From contig JANRLW010000053.1 of the NCBI GenBank assembly GCA_033762295.1, positions 1 to 31,522 of the forward strand: a DNA stretch of 31,522 bases. Reading direction: 5' to 3'. The notes under the pieces were generated by a model, which was not told the origin of the DNA, made no database searches, and was given only the letters and a program-made list of their open reading frames with translations. This document shows, one piece after another, positions 18,099 to 28,669 of the stretch (position 1 is the stretch's first letter; each line of letters begins with the position of its first letter). The DNA comes from Capsulimonadales bacterium (GTDB lineage: Bacteria; Armatimonadota; Armatimonadia; Armatimonadales; Armatimonadaceae). A program made the translations under genes and the position numbers.

Positions 18099-18683
18099 TT
18101 ACGGAACGGCCATTCGGGTGATCAGGGTGGAGACGGAATAGTTTTGAATCGGCCCGGTGGCCTCGCGCCAGGTGATGGTGACGGTGGCCTGCATCAGCAT
18201 CGGCTGGGTGGTCCCGTTCAGGGTGTACATCCCCGGAGCCCAGGGTTCGATGCGAATGGTGCCGGTCGCGCCGCTGGGGAAGTATTGCCTCAGGTTATCC
18301 GGGTTGTTGCTGTTGGACGCCGTGTCGTTATCGGTGAACGTGTAGGTGGTGATCGTTCCGTTCGCGCCGGTGGAGGTCGTCGGGGTGGTGTTGTCGACGA
18401 TACCGAGGGTGCGCAGGTTGGTCGTATCGAGTCGGTTGAAGCCGGCTTCGAGCAGCTGGTCGACCTTACGGGTGGCGATGGTCATCGCATGGCCGTAGCT
18501 TCCGGTCGATTTGGCGGACCGGAGCGCGGTCGGGATGACGGCGGAGAACATCAGACCCATCATCGCGAAGATGAACAGAGAGATCAGAACCTCGATCAGG
18601 GTGATTCCCCGGAGGGTACGACGCTTCCTCAGGAGCGCCCGGTTTCGGGCGGTTGTGTCAACAGCAGCGAATTCGGATTTCAT
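18099..18683 (-). CDS. Prepilin N-terminal methylation domain protein (PilV-like)
   Basis: LRG|ITLIEVLISLFIFAMMGL, C-terminal ATVTITWRE. Start placed at MKSEF with GAGGA RBS; start 18698 also possible. Confidence 0.82.
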   Translation of the reverse strand: MKSEFAAVDTTARNRALLRKRRTLRGITLIEVLISLFIFAMMGLMFSAVIPTALRSAKSTGSYGHAMTIATRKVDQLLEAGFNRLDTTNLRTLGIVDNTTPTTSTGANGTITTYTFTDNDTASNSNNPDNLRQYFPSGATGTIRIEPWAPGMYTLNGTTQPMLMQATVTITWREATGPIQNYSVSTLITRMAVP

Positions 18684-18869
18684 ACGAGCGTTCCTCATTA
18701 ACTGGCACGAGAGATACCGTGGGACGGTGTCCCAATATTTGGTGTCGGCAGTATCTCTCCGAATATTTATGCCGATTTACTATAGAATCGGCGCCCGTCA
18801 TGAGCAACTGGAAGAATTACCGGATGGGATGGGTACTTTCGGACCTGCGGGAGGGGGCGTCGGATGCGG

Positions 18870-20867
18870 TCAGCGGACCTTCAACAGCCGGTATTCCCCG
18901 ACGGAAAGCACGACCGGGAAGCGGTCCAGATAGGCAAGGTTGAGCGACATACCTTCCTGGGTGCGTTCGGGCGGTCCGACGGTGATGTATTCGACCCGGT
19001 AGCGGCGCAGGAGTTCGTCGGCATCGGGCGCCCCGGCATAGATACGGAAGACATCGGCCTGTCGTGGTTCGTGGTCGAAGCCGTGCGTCCAGAGGTGCCC
19101 GCCATATCCGCAGATCAGGCGTCGTCCGGCATATCCGACCGCATTGCCGGCACTGGGCGCGTGCAAAATGCGGCTGCGGGGTGGGACGGCGCGATCGACG
19201 GCCTCGCCGTACGCGATCTCCTCGGCCGAGTAGATGCGCTGACGGAACTGCCGGGTGGCGACCCGGAAGACATCGATCCCGCCGGACAGAGTCATCAGGA
19301 GGAGGAGGACGAGGCAGGTCGTTTTTCCGAGCGCACGCTGCCGCCAGAGACGGGCGAGCAGGAGCAGAACCAGGGGAATCGCCGCGAGGTAACCGTAGAA
19401 CAGCACTTTGATATTGTCCCAGACCCAGGGCGCGAAGCGGAACACGTTGCCCAGAAGAAACCAGAGCAGGAACGGCAGGCAGAAGCGGCGCACGCTGTCC
19501 GGGACTACGGAGCGAAAGCGTCGGAAGAAGACGGGCAGGAGCAGGGCGGCCAGGAGCAGGGGCAGGAAGGGGCCGGTGTTCCGCAGCCAGAAGACCAGAG
19601 GATGATCCCTGCCGTGGTCCCAGCCGAGTTCGATGCCGAAGAACCGAACCGTGTGGGCATCGCTTCCGGAGAGGAGCATCAGGCCCTGCGGGGCCATCAG
19701 AAGGCAGGCGGGGAGAAAAAAGGCGAGCCAGTCTCGCCATGCGCGGTCCCCACGGCGGAGTTCCGGCAGGGCGTAGCAGGCGGCGACGGTGAGGAGGACC
19801 AGAGCGGAGTGGGTGTGGCTGAGCGGGAGCAGTCCGGTGATGCCTCCGGCGGCCAGCAGCAGGGTTCGGCGTTTATGTCGGCGCGCCGCTTTGGTCGTTT
19901 CGTCGGTGTCGTCGAGGCGGAGGCGAAGGGCGGCCTGCAGCGGCAGCAGGGCGGCCAGAGCGAGCGGGATTCCGAGCAGGATGCTGCGCTGGGTCGTCAG
20001 CAGGACGGTGAGAGAGTCGCCCCAGCGGTAGAGCGGTTCGGTGAGGGAGTGCGGATTTTTTTCGTCAGGGACGGCCATTGTGTAGTCGTGCGGCAGGTTA
20101 AGGAGAAACTGCCCTAGCGGTCGGTTGGACTCCCGGAAATCCCGGAACAGCATCAGCCACCCCCATCCGCCGTTGAAAAAGAGCAGGAGCGGCGTGGTCA
20201 TCATCACGAACGGCGAGCGGGTGAGGCGGAAGGCCCATTGCTGGACCAGGGCGAGGAGACAGAAGGCCAGAGCGAGGTTGGTGATCAGGAAGGCGGCGAC
20301 CAGGTTCGCCCCGCAGGCGTTGAACTCGGCGGTGATGAAGTCGCAGAGGTAGGGGTAGGTCAGGCGGGATCCGGCGAACTGAAGGTGTTCCGGCGGGTAG
20401 TTGCCACCGACGACGAAGCCGCGCACGAGCATAATGTGCCAGGGGAGGTCGCCGTAGTTGTGGTGGTTGTTGGTATGGATGCCGCCGTTCTCGGCGTAGA
20501 CGACGCCCCCGAAGAGATGGAGCAGCAGGGCGAGGAGCAGAAGCGAGAGTAGAAGGTGGGCGAACCGGTGGCGGGAGCGTCCGCGCAGGTGGGGCAGGCG
20601 TCGGATATCGCCGGCGGCGCGGGCGCGGAGACGGCGATCGCGAAAGACGAGCAGGGGTGTCAGCAGGGGGAGCGCGGCGACGACGATGACGGTCAGGTTG
20701 AGGCCGAAGCGAAGCGCCAGGGCGAAGGCGAGCAGGGCATGGGCGGTCAGTCCGGTGACGCAACCGACGGCGAGACGGACCAGGAGCGGCGACTCCCGGT
20801 CGTAGAGGTAGGTCAGGGCGAATCCGCCCAGGGTAACTACGGAAAGCAGAAGCAGCGCGTTCAGCAT
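18870..20867 (-). CDS. Polytopic membrane protein, probable GT-C fold glycosyltransferase
   Basis: Many TM helices; loop NYGDLPWH...NYPPEH...LTYPYLCD; C-terminal ELLRRYRVEYITVGPPER domain seen in GT-C/YYY-type membrane proteins. Confidence 0.65.
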   Translation of the reverse strand: MLNALLLLSVVTLGGFALTYLYDRESPLLVRLAVGCVTGLTAHALLAFALALRFGLNLTVIVVAALPLLTPLLVFRDRRLRARAAGDIRRLPHLRGRSRHRFAHLLLSLLLLALLLHLFGGVVYAENGGIHTNNHHNYGDLPWHIMLVRGFVVGGNYPPEHLQFAGSRLTYPYLCDFITAEFNACGANLVAAFLITNLALAFCLLALVQQWAFRLTRSPFVMMTTPLLLFFNGGWGWLMLFRDFRESNRPLGQFLLNLPHDYTMAVPDEKNPHSLTEPLYRWGDSLTVLLTTQRSILLGIPLALAALLPLQAALRLRLDDTDETTKAARRHKRRTLLLAAGGITGLLPLSHTHSALVLLTVAACYALPELRRGDRAWRDWLAFFLPACLLMAPQGLMLLSGSDAHTVRFFGIELGWDHGRDHPLVFWLRNTGPFLPLLLAALLLPVFFRRFRSVVPDSVRRFCLPFLLWFLLGNVFRFAPWVWDNIKVLFYGYLAAIPLVLLLLARLWRQRALGKTTCLVLLLLMTLSGGIDVFRVATRQFRQRIYSAEEIAYGEAVDRAVPPRSRILHAPSAGNAVGYAGRRLICGYGGHLWTHGFDHEPRQADVFRIYAGAPDADELLRRYRVEYITVGPPERTQEGMSLNLAYLDRFPVVLSVGEYRLLKVR

Positions 20868-20936
20868 GTCGGTCTCCCCCGTTCGTTTTCTTGCTTGTTT
20901 CGCATGGTCTCGGTCGGCGCGGTCCGTGTGGCGGTA

Positions 20937-22466
20937 TTACACCCAGATTCGGTCGAGCCACAGGTGAAGGCGGAAGTACCAGTCCGGGATGGGCTGGGCG
21001 GATAGCAGGGGGTAGTAGAAGATGAACCAGAATCCGGCCAGTTTGGCGATGGTCGAGACGAACCGGCGGGCGGATTCGTCACCGGACTGCCAGAGTCGCC
21101 AGCCGAGATAGGCGAGGGCGATACAGGCGAAGGGGATCGCTTCGAAGTAGTAGTGAGTGAAAACGAGCGGTCGCGCCTTGATGCCCCAGCAGAGCCACAT
21201 ACCGAAACCGAGCAGGGATACGACGCCGAGAGCATGGATGCGTTCCCGGACGGCGAGCAGGGCGGTGGCGGCGAGGACGGGGACGCTGGTCCACCAGAGG
21301 ACGGCGTTGCCGATCGCCCAGATGCCGGTGCTGGAGTTGTTGGCCCCATGAAAGTGGTACCAGGTCGGCCGGAGCATCAGCGGCCAGGACCACCACGGGG
21401 CGCTGTAGGGGTGGGTGTCCTTGATCTCGGCGTGGTAGTTCCACATATCCTTCTGCTGATTGAGGACCTTGTACCATCCGTGCCCGTGGGCGTAGTGGTT
21501 TCGTTCGAACACACGGGACCAGTCCGGGGTTCCTTTTTCGCCGGAGGAGAGGAGCTTGGTCTGCCAGTCGCCGGTCCCCTGCAGGACGAAGGGGATATAG
21601 GAGACCAGGTAGAGGGCCAGGGGAAGGAGGAGCATGGCGGCCCCGACGGTCACCGCCCACCGGGCGAGTTCGAGGGGGATCGATCGTTTCTCCTGTTGCC
21701 AACGGGGTATTTCGACGCGAACCAGGTGCCAGATCAGGAGGAGACCGTTCAGCCCCCAGGCCCAGAGACTGGACCAGCGGGTGCAGAGGGCGAGTCCGAG
21801 GGCGACTCCGGAGAGCAGAAGCCAGCGTCGATCGGCGCGTTTCAGGCAGAGCCAGGTGCCCAGGGTGCCGTACACGATAAAGCAGACGGTGAAGATATTG
21901 GTCATGCCGATCCGGCTATGGACGAAAAAGACGCCGTCCAGCGCCAGGAGGGTGGTGGCGGCGGTGGCGACGGAGCGGGAGTTGAAGAGGGTCCGGGTCA
22001 GGGCGAAGGTTCCGAGCAGGGCGAGGGTTCCGAAGCAGACGGCGGGAAACCTCCAGGCGATCGGGACCCGATCGGGGTAGTGGGTATCTGCGGACCAGAC
22101 GCCCTCGGTCGGATTGAAGGAGACGTCGAACATCCGCAGGCTGGCGGCCATGATCAGTTTGGCGAAGGGGGGATGGGACCATTCATGGGGCGGTTGTCCC
22201 CAGAGGTATTCCATCGCCGAGCGGACGTGGTGCACTTCGTCGAAGTAGGTGATCTGCGGGGTGGCGAGACGCCAGAGGCAGAGCAGGTAGAAGGCGACGG
22301 CGATGGTGGCGGCGGAGAGGAAGTCGGCTTTGACGAGGGGTTCCGGTTCGGGGACGGAGGCGGGTTCGGCGGTCATCGTGCGTCGGAGGAGGGGCCAGAG
22401 TTCGCGGGTGAACCAGGCGATCACCAGGAGCGGCACGAGGACGGCGGGTGCGTTGAGATGTTCCAT
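20937..22466 (-). CDS. Dolichyl/polyprenyl-phosphate-mannose protein O-mannosyltransferase (PMT family, GT39-like)
   Basis: YFDEVHHV, HPPFAKLIMA, WRFPAV, SRIGMTNIF, HPYSAPWWSWPLMLRP, IGNAVLWW, FTHYY. Start at MEHLNAP. Confidence 0.88.
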   Translation of the reverse strand: MEHLNAPAVLVPLLVIAWFTRELWPLLRRTMTAEPASVPEPEPLVKADFLSAATIAVAFYLLCLWRLATPQITYFDEVHHVRSAMEYLWGQPPHEWSHPPFAKLIMAASLRMFDVSFNPTEGVWSADTHYPDRVPIAWRFPAVCFGTLALLGTFALTRTLFNSRSVATAATTLLALDGVFFVHSRIGMTNIFTVCFIVYGTLGTWLCLKRADRRWLLLSGVALGLALCTRWSSLWAWGLNGLLLIWHLVRVEIPRWQQEKRSIPLELARWAVTVGAAMLLLPLALYLVSYIPFVLQGTGDWQTKLLSSGEKGTPDWSRVFERNHYAHGHGWYKVLNQQKDMWNYHAEIKDTHPYSAPWWSWPLMLRPTWYHFHGANNSSTGIWAIGNAVLWWTSVPVLAATALLAVRERIHALGVVSLLGFGMWLCWGIKARPLVFTHYYFEAIPFACIALAYLGWRLWQSGDESARRFVSTIAKLAGFWFIFYYPLLSAQPIPDWYFRLHLWLDRIWV

Positions 22467-22637
22467 ACGTGAATGAACTCCGGAACCGGTCCGTTCGGGA
22501 CGGCGATCGTGACAACCTCTTCGCGGGTTTCGTCCGCGGAGGAGACGCTCTATTTTGCGCGGAAAATGAACGTGTGGCAAGTCCTGCGATCTGCCATCCT
22601 GTCCGGGTTTCCGGAAAATAATGATAGGAACGTAAAA

Positions 22638-23033
22638 ATGAACGTGACAGCGGTTTTCGGTACGAGCGGCCCGGTTTCGGGTGCGCCCTACACCCCGGCG
22701 GTACGCGCGGGCAACCTCTTATTTATATCGGGTCAACTGGGACTTGATCCGGAGACCGGAAAACCGTATCCGGAGTTCGAGCGTCAGGCGGAGGGCGCGA
22801 TCGCGGGTCTGCGGGCGTTGGCCGAGGCGGCCGGGGGCGATCTCGGGCATATCGTGAAGACGACGGTCTTTTTGACGGACCTGTCGCAGTTCGCACAGTT
22901 GAACGCGATTTACGCGCGTCACTTCACGGGCGCGGTTCGTCCGGCGCGTTCGACGTTCCAGGTTGCGGCGTTGCCTCTGGGGGCGGCGGTGGAGATCGAG
23001 GCGATCGCCGTCCTGCCGGAGCCGTCGCCGTAG
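22638..23033 (+). CDS. RidA/YjgF family enamine-imine deaminase
   Basis: APYTPAVRAGNLLFISGQLG, IVKTTVFLTDL, PARSTFQVAALPLGAAVEIEAIA. Confidence 0.92.
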   Translation: MNVTAVFGTSGPVSGAPYTPAVRAGNLLFISGQLGLDPETGKPYPEFERQAEGAIAGLRALAEAAGGDLGHIVKTTVFLTDLSQFAQLNAIYARHFTGAVRPARSTFQVAALPLGAAVEIEAIAVLPEPSP

Positions 23034-23207
23034 GTAGAAAACGCCCCGTATACCTACGGTTTTTTGGTCTACGGGGGGCCTTTCCTCTCAATGGCATATA
23101 AATTGCCCTAACTCCGTAAACCTTTCCCTGCCAATATTCCATCTGTAGGCTCGTCCTAAAGGTATTGTTTTTTCTATTATTCGGATCAGCAGGGAGGAAG
23201 AATTTCG

Positions 23208-24653
23208 ATGCAGTTAGCGCATACGCTGGAGGCTCGTCAACAGCAGACGCAACGGATCGATCCGCGTCAGATCCTGGCGAGCGAGATTCTGGCCTGGACG
23301 ACCGCCGAACTGGAGTCGGCGATCGAGCGCGAACTCGCCGAGAACCCCGCGCTGGAAGTGCGAGACGAGGACGGGTTCGCGCTTCCGTCGTCCGCGTTCG
23401 CCACCGCGCAAAACGCTCCCGTGACACTGGCTCCCAACGCTTCCTCCCTGACGCGCACGGTTCAGGACGACGCCGGGCGATCGTTTACCCTGACGGTGGT
23501 GGAGGGGGGCGTGGCGTCGGAGGACGATCCGCTGGAACGGGTGGCGTCGGCGTTCACTCTGCAGGAGCATCTCCGTCAGCAGGTCGGGCAGGTGGCTTCG
23601 GGGATGATCGGGGAACTGGTCCGGTATCTGATCGAGTGCGTGGACGACCGGGGCTACCTGTCGATCAACGAAACCGAGGCGCTGGAGATCTTCCGGGTTC
23701 CGCGAGCGACACTGGAGGAGGCGGTCGGCGCGCTGCAGATGATGGACCCGCCGGGGGTGGGCGCGCGCGATCTGCGCGAGTGTCTGACGCTGCAGATGGA
23801 GTTTCTGGAGCAGAACGACGAGGGGAGTCCGCTGGCGACCCGGATTTTGAAGCAGTGCTGGGAGGAGTTGGTGACGCGTCGCGAGGACCGTATCGCCGCG
23901 CGTCTGCGGGTCGGCAAGCCGGAGGTTCGAGCGGCGATCGCATATCTTCAGCGGGCGACGACACCCTATCCGGGGGCGGCGTTTCGGGCGGCGTGGCAAC
24001 ACAAGGGGGCGGGCGCTTCGCCGGCGGTGCGCCCGGACATCGTGTTCCATCGTGGTGAAATGGGGTTCACGGTCGAACTGACACGGGAGTTCGAAAACGC
24101 GCTGACGGTCGCTCCGCTGTGGAAGCGTCTGTCCGAGCGTCCGGAGCGGACCGATGACGAGGCGATGCGTCGGTATATCCGGGAGCATGTGGACCGGGCG
24201 CAGACGTTTTTGACCGGGGTGGCGCGGCGCGGCCATACGCTGCGTCGGATCGCGATGGCGTTGATCGAATGTCAGCAGGGGTTCCTGGAAACGGGGAACC
24301 GCGCCTTTCTCCGACCGTTGACCCGTCAGAGCATCGCCGAGCGTCTCGGGTTGGACGAATCGGTGATCAGTCGGGCGGTAACGGATAAGTGGGTTCAGCT
24401 GCCGGGCGGCGATGTCGTTCCGCTGGACGCGTTTTTCGGGAACGCCCATGCGATCCGGGACGCGCTGACGCAGTTGATCGCGAGCGAGGATCCGTCCGCG
24501 CCTTATTCGGACGACGAACTGGCGGACCTTCTGTCCGAGCAGGGCTTTCCGCTGGCGCGGCGCACCGTCGCCAAGTATCGCAGCCTGGAGAAGATCCTTC
24601 CGGCGCGGCTTCGCCGACGGGGGGGAGAGGGTCCGGGACGGATTTCCGCCTGA
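23208..24653 (+). CDS. rpoN: RNA polymerase sigma-54 factor
   Basis: Q-rich region I, ELAENPALE, DPPGVGARDLRECL, HTH (IAERLGLDESVISRA), RpoN box ARRTVAKYR. Confidence 0.93.
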   Translation: MQLAHTLEARQQQTQRIDPRQILASEILAWTTAELESAIERELAENPALEVRDEDGFALPSSAFATAQNAPVTLAPNASSLTRTVQDDAGRSFTLTVVEGGVASEDDPLERVASAFTLQEHLRQQVGQVASGMIGELVRYLIECVDDRGYLSINETEALEIFRVPRATLEEAVGALQMMDPPGVGARDLRECLTLQMEFLEQNDEGSPLATRILKQCWEELVTRREDRIAARLRVGKPEVRAAIAYLQRATTPYPGAAFRAAWQHKGAGASPAVRPDIVFHRGEMGFTVELTREFENALTVAPLWKRLSERPERTDDEAMRRYIREHVDRAQTFLTGVARRGHTLRRIAMALIECQQGFLETGNRAFLRPLTRQSIAERLGLDESVISRAVTDKWVQLPGGDVVPLDAFFGNAHAIRDALTQLIASEDPSAPYSDDELADLLSEQGFPLARRTVAKYRSLEKILPARLRRRGGEGPGRISA

Positions 24654-24713
24654 GCCGCCTGATCCGCCGCCCTCCTCACCGGGAGAGGAGCGCGGCGGCA
24701 GGTCTACGGAAGT

Positions 24714-25181
24714 CTACAGTTTGAGGTCGATGAGGGCGGAGGTGCCGACGCCCTTGACGCGGGACAGTTTGCTCAGGTCGGAGACGCCACGGGTGGAGAC
24801 GGGGATCAGGGCGCGGACGCGGACCTGCCCTCCGATCCGGGTCTGACCTTCGACCTGCGCGACGGCCTTCACCTGATCGACCAGTTCCTTCGGGCCGGTG
24901 ACCTGGACGGCGCCGGCATATCCGCCGCGTCCGACGGTGAGGATCGGGACGACGCGGGTGGATTCCTCGACATTATTCGTCCGGTTGCCGGTGATCTGGT
25001 TAACGAAGCGGTCGATCTGTCCGCTGAACTTGTCGACCAGTACGAGGACCGCGCCCCCTTTGAGGATATCCCCGAAATTCTGCGCCTGCGAGGGCAACGC
25101 CTGACCGACAATTATTCCGCCCAGAGCCGCCGCGACGACCAGGGATGTCGTGGAGATCGATTTCGTATTTCGTGTGTTCAT
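24714..25181 (-). CDS. Hypothetical secreted protein
   Basis: Signal peptide ending SQA-Q; TRVVPILTVGRGGYAGAVQVTGP; GAAGG RBS. Confidence 0.7.
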   Translation of the reverse strand: MNTRNTKSISTTSLVVAAALGGIIVGQALPSQAQNFGDILKGGAVLVLVDKFSGQIDRFVNQITGNRTNNVEESTRVVPILTVGRGGYAGAVQVTGPKELVDQVKAVAQVEGQTRIGGQVRVRALIPVSTRGVSDLSKLSRVKGVGTSALIDLKL

Positions 25182-25298
25182 CGTTTCTTACCTTCGGATT
25201 CGTTGATTCCCCTCTTGAGACGAGGATCGGGTGCCGAAAGGTTCGAAAAAGTGACGGGCGGACACGAAAACGGTCGTTTTCGTCGTTAGATCAGGAGA

Positions 25299-27194
25299 TC
25301 ATGCGACGGTCCCGGTTCGACGGCGGGCGGCGAGGTGGAGCGAGAGCACCGAGATATCGACCGGGGTGATGCCGGGGATACGGGCCGCCTGTCCGAGCGA
25401 GATCGGGCGCAGGCGGGTCCATTTTTCCTTTGCCTCCAGCGAGAGCGAGGGCACGCCGGCATAGTCCAGGTCGGGCGGAAGCGGTACGTCGTCCCGTTTG
25501 CGCGACGATTCGATCTGCTCGGCCTCACGTTCGATATAGCCATCGTAGCAGGCGAGAATCGCGGCCTGTTCGAGAGCGGGCGCGTCCTCGGGGGCGAGTC
25601 TGGCCAGCACGTAGACCTGCTCCTTCCGCACTTTGGGGCGGCGCATCAGGTCGAACAGCGACAGGCGTCCGACGAACGGCTCCAGCCCGACCGCTTTGAG
25701 GCGTTCGGCGTCGCTCGTGGTGACGAAGGAGGTTTTCAGTCGTTCCAGTACGGTCTCGAAGTGCCGCTTCTTTTCGTTGTACAGGGCCCACTGGCGCGGT
25801 CCGACGAGGCCGACGGCGTGGCCGATCTCTGTCAGGCGAACGTCGGCGTTGTCCTGGCGCAGGGTCAGGCGGTATTCGGCGCGGGAGGTGAGCATACGGT
25901 ACGGGTCGGTCACCCCCCGGGTCACCAGATCATCGATCAGGACGCCGATGTAGGCGTCGGAACGGGACAGGAGGAACGGCTTGCGTCCCTGAACGTAGAG
26001 AGCGGCGTTCGCTCCGGCCATGAGTCCCTGGGCGGCGGCTTCCTCGTAGCCGGAGGTGCCGTTGATCTGACCGGCCAGGAACAGTCCGGCGACCCGCCGG
26101 GTCATCAGGGCGGGCGTCAGTTCGGTCGGCTGAACGGCGTCGTACTCGACCGCGTAGCCGGGGCGAACCATCTCAACCTTCTCCAGTCCGGGCATGGTTC
26201 GAAGGAAGGCGAGCTGTACCTCGGCGGGGAGCGAGGTGCTCATTCCCTGAACGTAGAGTTCGTTCGTCTCCCAGCCTTCCTGTTCGAGGAAGACCTGATG
26301 CCCGGTCTTTTCGGCGAACCGGACGACCTTATCCTCGATCGACGGGCAGTAGCGTGGGCCAACCCCCTCGATGAAACCGCCGTACATCGCGGAACGGTGC
26401 AGGTTTTGGCGGATGATGGCGTGGGTGTTTTCGTTGGTGTGGATCAGCCAGGCCGGGAGGAGTTCCTGTCCGTTCGGGCCGGTGAAGCGTCGGGGGGGCG
26501 TACGGAACGAGAACGGCGGGGTCTCAGGCTCCGATGGCTGAGCCTGGGTTCGGGAAAAGTCGACCGTTTCCCTGGCGATGCGGGGGGTCGTCCCGGTCTT
26601 CAGGCGCAGCAGGGGGAAACCGTGTTCGGCGAGGCTGGCGGAAAGTCCGTAGGCGGCGGTTTCGTCCTTTCCCCGGATGCGGCGACCGGCCTCCCAGCGG
26701 TTTTCGCCCATGTGACAAAGGCCGCGCAGGAACGTCCCCGTGGTGATAACGACGGCGTTCGCTCGCAGCTCGGTCCCGTCGGCCAGGCGGACACCGACAA
26801 TATGGCGGTCCTGGCTGACCAACGCCTCGACCATGCCGTTGCGAAGCGACAGTCCCGGCTGCGCGGCGAGGTATGCCTGCATGGCGGCCGGGTAGGCGAG
26901 GACATCGACCTGGGCGCGCAGGGAGCGGACGGCGGGACCTTTGCTCGTGTTGAGCATGCGGTAGTGGGTCATCGTCGCGTCGGTAATCTCGGCCATCGCG
27001 CCGCCGAGAGCATCGACTTCACGGACCAGGTGAGCCTTGGCCGGTCCGCCGATGGAGCAGTTACAGGGCAGGGACGCGATCCGGGAGATATCTCCGGTCA
27101 CGAGCAGCGTTTCGCAGCCCAGACGCGCGGCGGCCAGGGCCGCTTCACAACCGGCGTGTCCCCCGCCGACGATAATGACATCGTACACGTTCAT
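25299..27194 (-). CDS. mnmG: tRNA uridine-5-carboxymethylaminomethyl modification enzyme MnmG (GidA)
   Basis: [71 protein letters not shown]. True start MNVYD at 27194. Confidence 0.97.
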   Translation of the reverse strand: MNVYDVIIVGGGHAGCEAALAAARLGCETLLVTGDISRIASLPCNCSIGGPAKAHLVREVDALGGAMAEITDATMTHYRMLNTSKGPAVRSLRAQVDVLAYPAAMQAYLAAQPGLSLRNGMVEALVSQDRHIVGVRLADGTELRANAVVITTGTFLRGLCHMGENRWEAGRRIRGKDETAAYGLSASLAEHGFPLLRLKTGTTPRIARETVDFSRTQAQPSEPETPPFSFRTPPRRFTGPNGQELLPAWLIHTNENTHAIIRQNLHRSAMYGGFIEGVGPRYCPSIEDKVVRFAEKTGHQVFLEQEGWETNELYVQGMSTSLPAEVQLAFLRTMPGLEKVEMVRPGYAVEYDAVQPTELTPALMTRRVAGLFLAGQINGTSGYEEAAAQGLMAGANAALYVQGRKPFLLSRSDAYIGVLIDDLVTRGVTDPYRMLTSRAEYRLTLRQDNADVRLTEIGHAVGLVGPRQWALYNEKKRHFETVLERLKTSFVTTSDAERLKAVGLEPFVGRLSLFDLMRRPKVRKEQVYVLARLAPEDAPALEQAAILACYDGYIEREAEQIESSRKRDDVPLPPDLDYAGVPSLSLEAKEKWTRLRPISLGQAARIPGITPVDISVLSLHLAARRRTGTVA

Positions 27195-27353
27195 AGCGAT
27201 ACGATTATATCGCGAGACGCGGTCGGCGAGATTCCCGGAGGGCGGCTTGGTGAAATCGGGGTCCGCCGGCGAAAAGAGGCGGAAAAGCGGAAACCGGGTA
27301 GCGATCGCCGCTGTTGTTACCCGTGAAAGCGTTTTCCCGACAGAAAGCCTTGC

Positions 27354-28457
27354 ATGTCGCTTTTCCCGACCGATTACGAATCCATTCTCGCCCGACTGCA
27401 GTCCATCGATCCGGAGCGTTACGATTCGACCCGGAACTACCTCGATGGCGCGGTGACACGGCTCAGTCCTTATCTGACCCACGGAGCGCTGACTCTGCCG
27501 GATGTCCGGGATTTTGCCTATCTGCGGGCGGGAAAACGCGCTTCGTACCGTCTTGTGTTCGAACTGGCCTGGCGGGAGTATTTCCGGAGGGTGTGGTGGG
27601 ACCTCGGGGACGGGATTTTTTCCGACATCAAACGTCCGCAGGCACCGGTGCGGGAGGCGGTGGGGTTGCCGACGGCGCTGCTGAACGCGGCGACGGGAAT
27701 CGAGGCGATCGACGCGTCGGTCCGGGACCTGTACGAGACAGGCTATGTCCACAACCATGCGCGGCTGTGGACGGCGATGCTGGCGGCCAATATCGCGCAG
27801 GTCCGATGGAATGCCGGGGCGGATTGGTATTATTACCATCTTTTGGACGGTGATCTCGCCAGTAACACGCTGTCCTGGCAGTGGGTCGCCGGGACGTTCT
27901 CCAGTAAAAAGTACTATGCGAATCAGGAGAACCTGAACCGGTTCGACCGGAAACATCGGCAGCAGGGAACCTTTCTGGAGGTTCCGCCTGAGGAACTGGC
28001 GGACCTGCCGATTCCGGAGGCATTGCGCGAAGTGCGGTCACCGGAACGGGACTGCGTGTTGCCGTTGAGCGAACCGATACGGGTCGAACCGGGCGCGACG
28101 GTGCGACTGTATCACCCGTGGTCCCTGAACCCCCGGTGGCGGCAGGGTCCGGACGCCGTTCGAATCCTGGTGCTGGAGCCTTCCCATTTCGCCCGGTTTC
28201 CGATGAGCGAACGCCGGATGGATTTTCTTCTTGCCCTGGCCCGGAATATTCCCGGTTTGAGGGTGTATGTCGGGGAGGCCGGGGAGTTGCCGGGTCTGGC
28301 GGAGGCCGGGGAGGTGGTGAGCCTGGCGCATCCGGCGACGCGTCACTTTCCGGGATGCAAGGATCGTCCGGCCTGGCTGTTTCCGCAGTGGCCGGATTTC
28401 CAGTCGGTTCCCGGCAGTTTTACGGCTTTCTGGAAACAGACGGAGAGGTGGTTGTAG
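27354..28457 (+). CDS. Short photolyase-family protein with N-terminal FAD-binding domain (inverted domain order)
   Basis: [47 protein letters not shown] in the N-terminal half; alpha/beta antenna-like segment (RILVLEP...SERRMDFLL) at the C-terminus. Confidence 0.85.
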   Translation: MSLFPTDYESILARLQSIDPERYDSTRNYLDGAVTRLSPYLTHGALTLPDVRDFAYLRAGKRASYRLVFELAWREYFRRVWWDLGDGIFSDIKRPQAPVREAVGLPTALLNAATGIEAIDASVRDLYETGYVHNHARLWTAMLAANIAQVRWNAGADWYYYHLLDGDLASNTLSWQWVAGTFSSKKYYANQENLNRFDRKHRQQGTFLEVPPEELADLPIPEALREVRSPERDCVLPLSEPIRVEPGATVRLYHPWSLNPRWRQGPDAVRILVLEPSHFARFPMSERRMDFLLALARNIPGLRVYVGEAGELPGLAEAGEVVSLAHPATRHFPGCKDRPAWLFPQWPDFQSVPGSFTAFWKQTERWL

Positions 28458-28461
28458 AGGG

Positions 28462-28650
28462 ATGAAGGCAGGACATCGGGGACCGACACACGGGCAGGAG
28501 ACCAGAGTCTGCGCGGTCTGCGGGCGGACGTTCGCCAACCGGAAAAGCTGGTCGTCGCGCGGGCAATGGGAGAGCGTCCGATACTGCTCGGAACGCTGCC
28601 GCCGGGCGAAGGGCAAAGGGATGCCGAAAAGCGCCGGAGATTCCGCCTGA
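28462..28650 (+). CDS. DUF2256-type small Cys-rich protein
   Basis: CAVCGRTFANRKSW...WESVRYCSERCRR; this family commonly flanks photolyases. Confidence 0.85.
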   Translation: MKAGHRGPTHGQETRVCAVCGRTFANRKSWSSRGQWESVRYCSERCRRAKGKGMPKSAGDSA

Positions 28651-28669
28651 ATCGTTTCGCGGGGGTGTT

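Noticed and set aside
27195..27956. 254-aa N-terminal extension of MnmG in the ORF track
   Set aside because: Overlaps the divergent photolyase gene; MnmG homology starts at MNVYD (27194).
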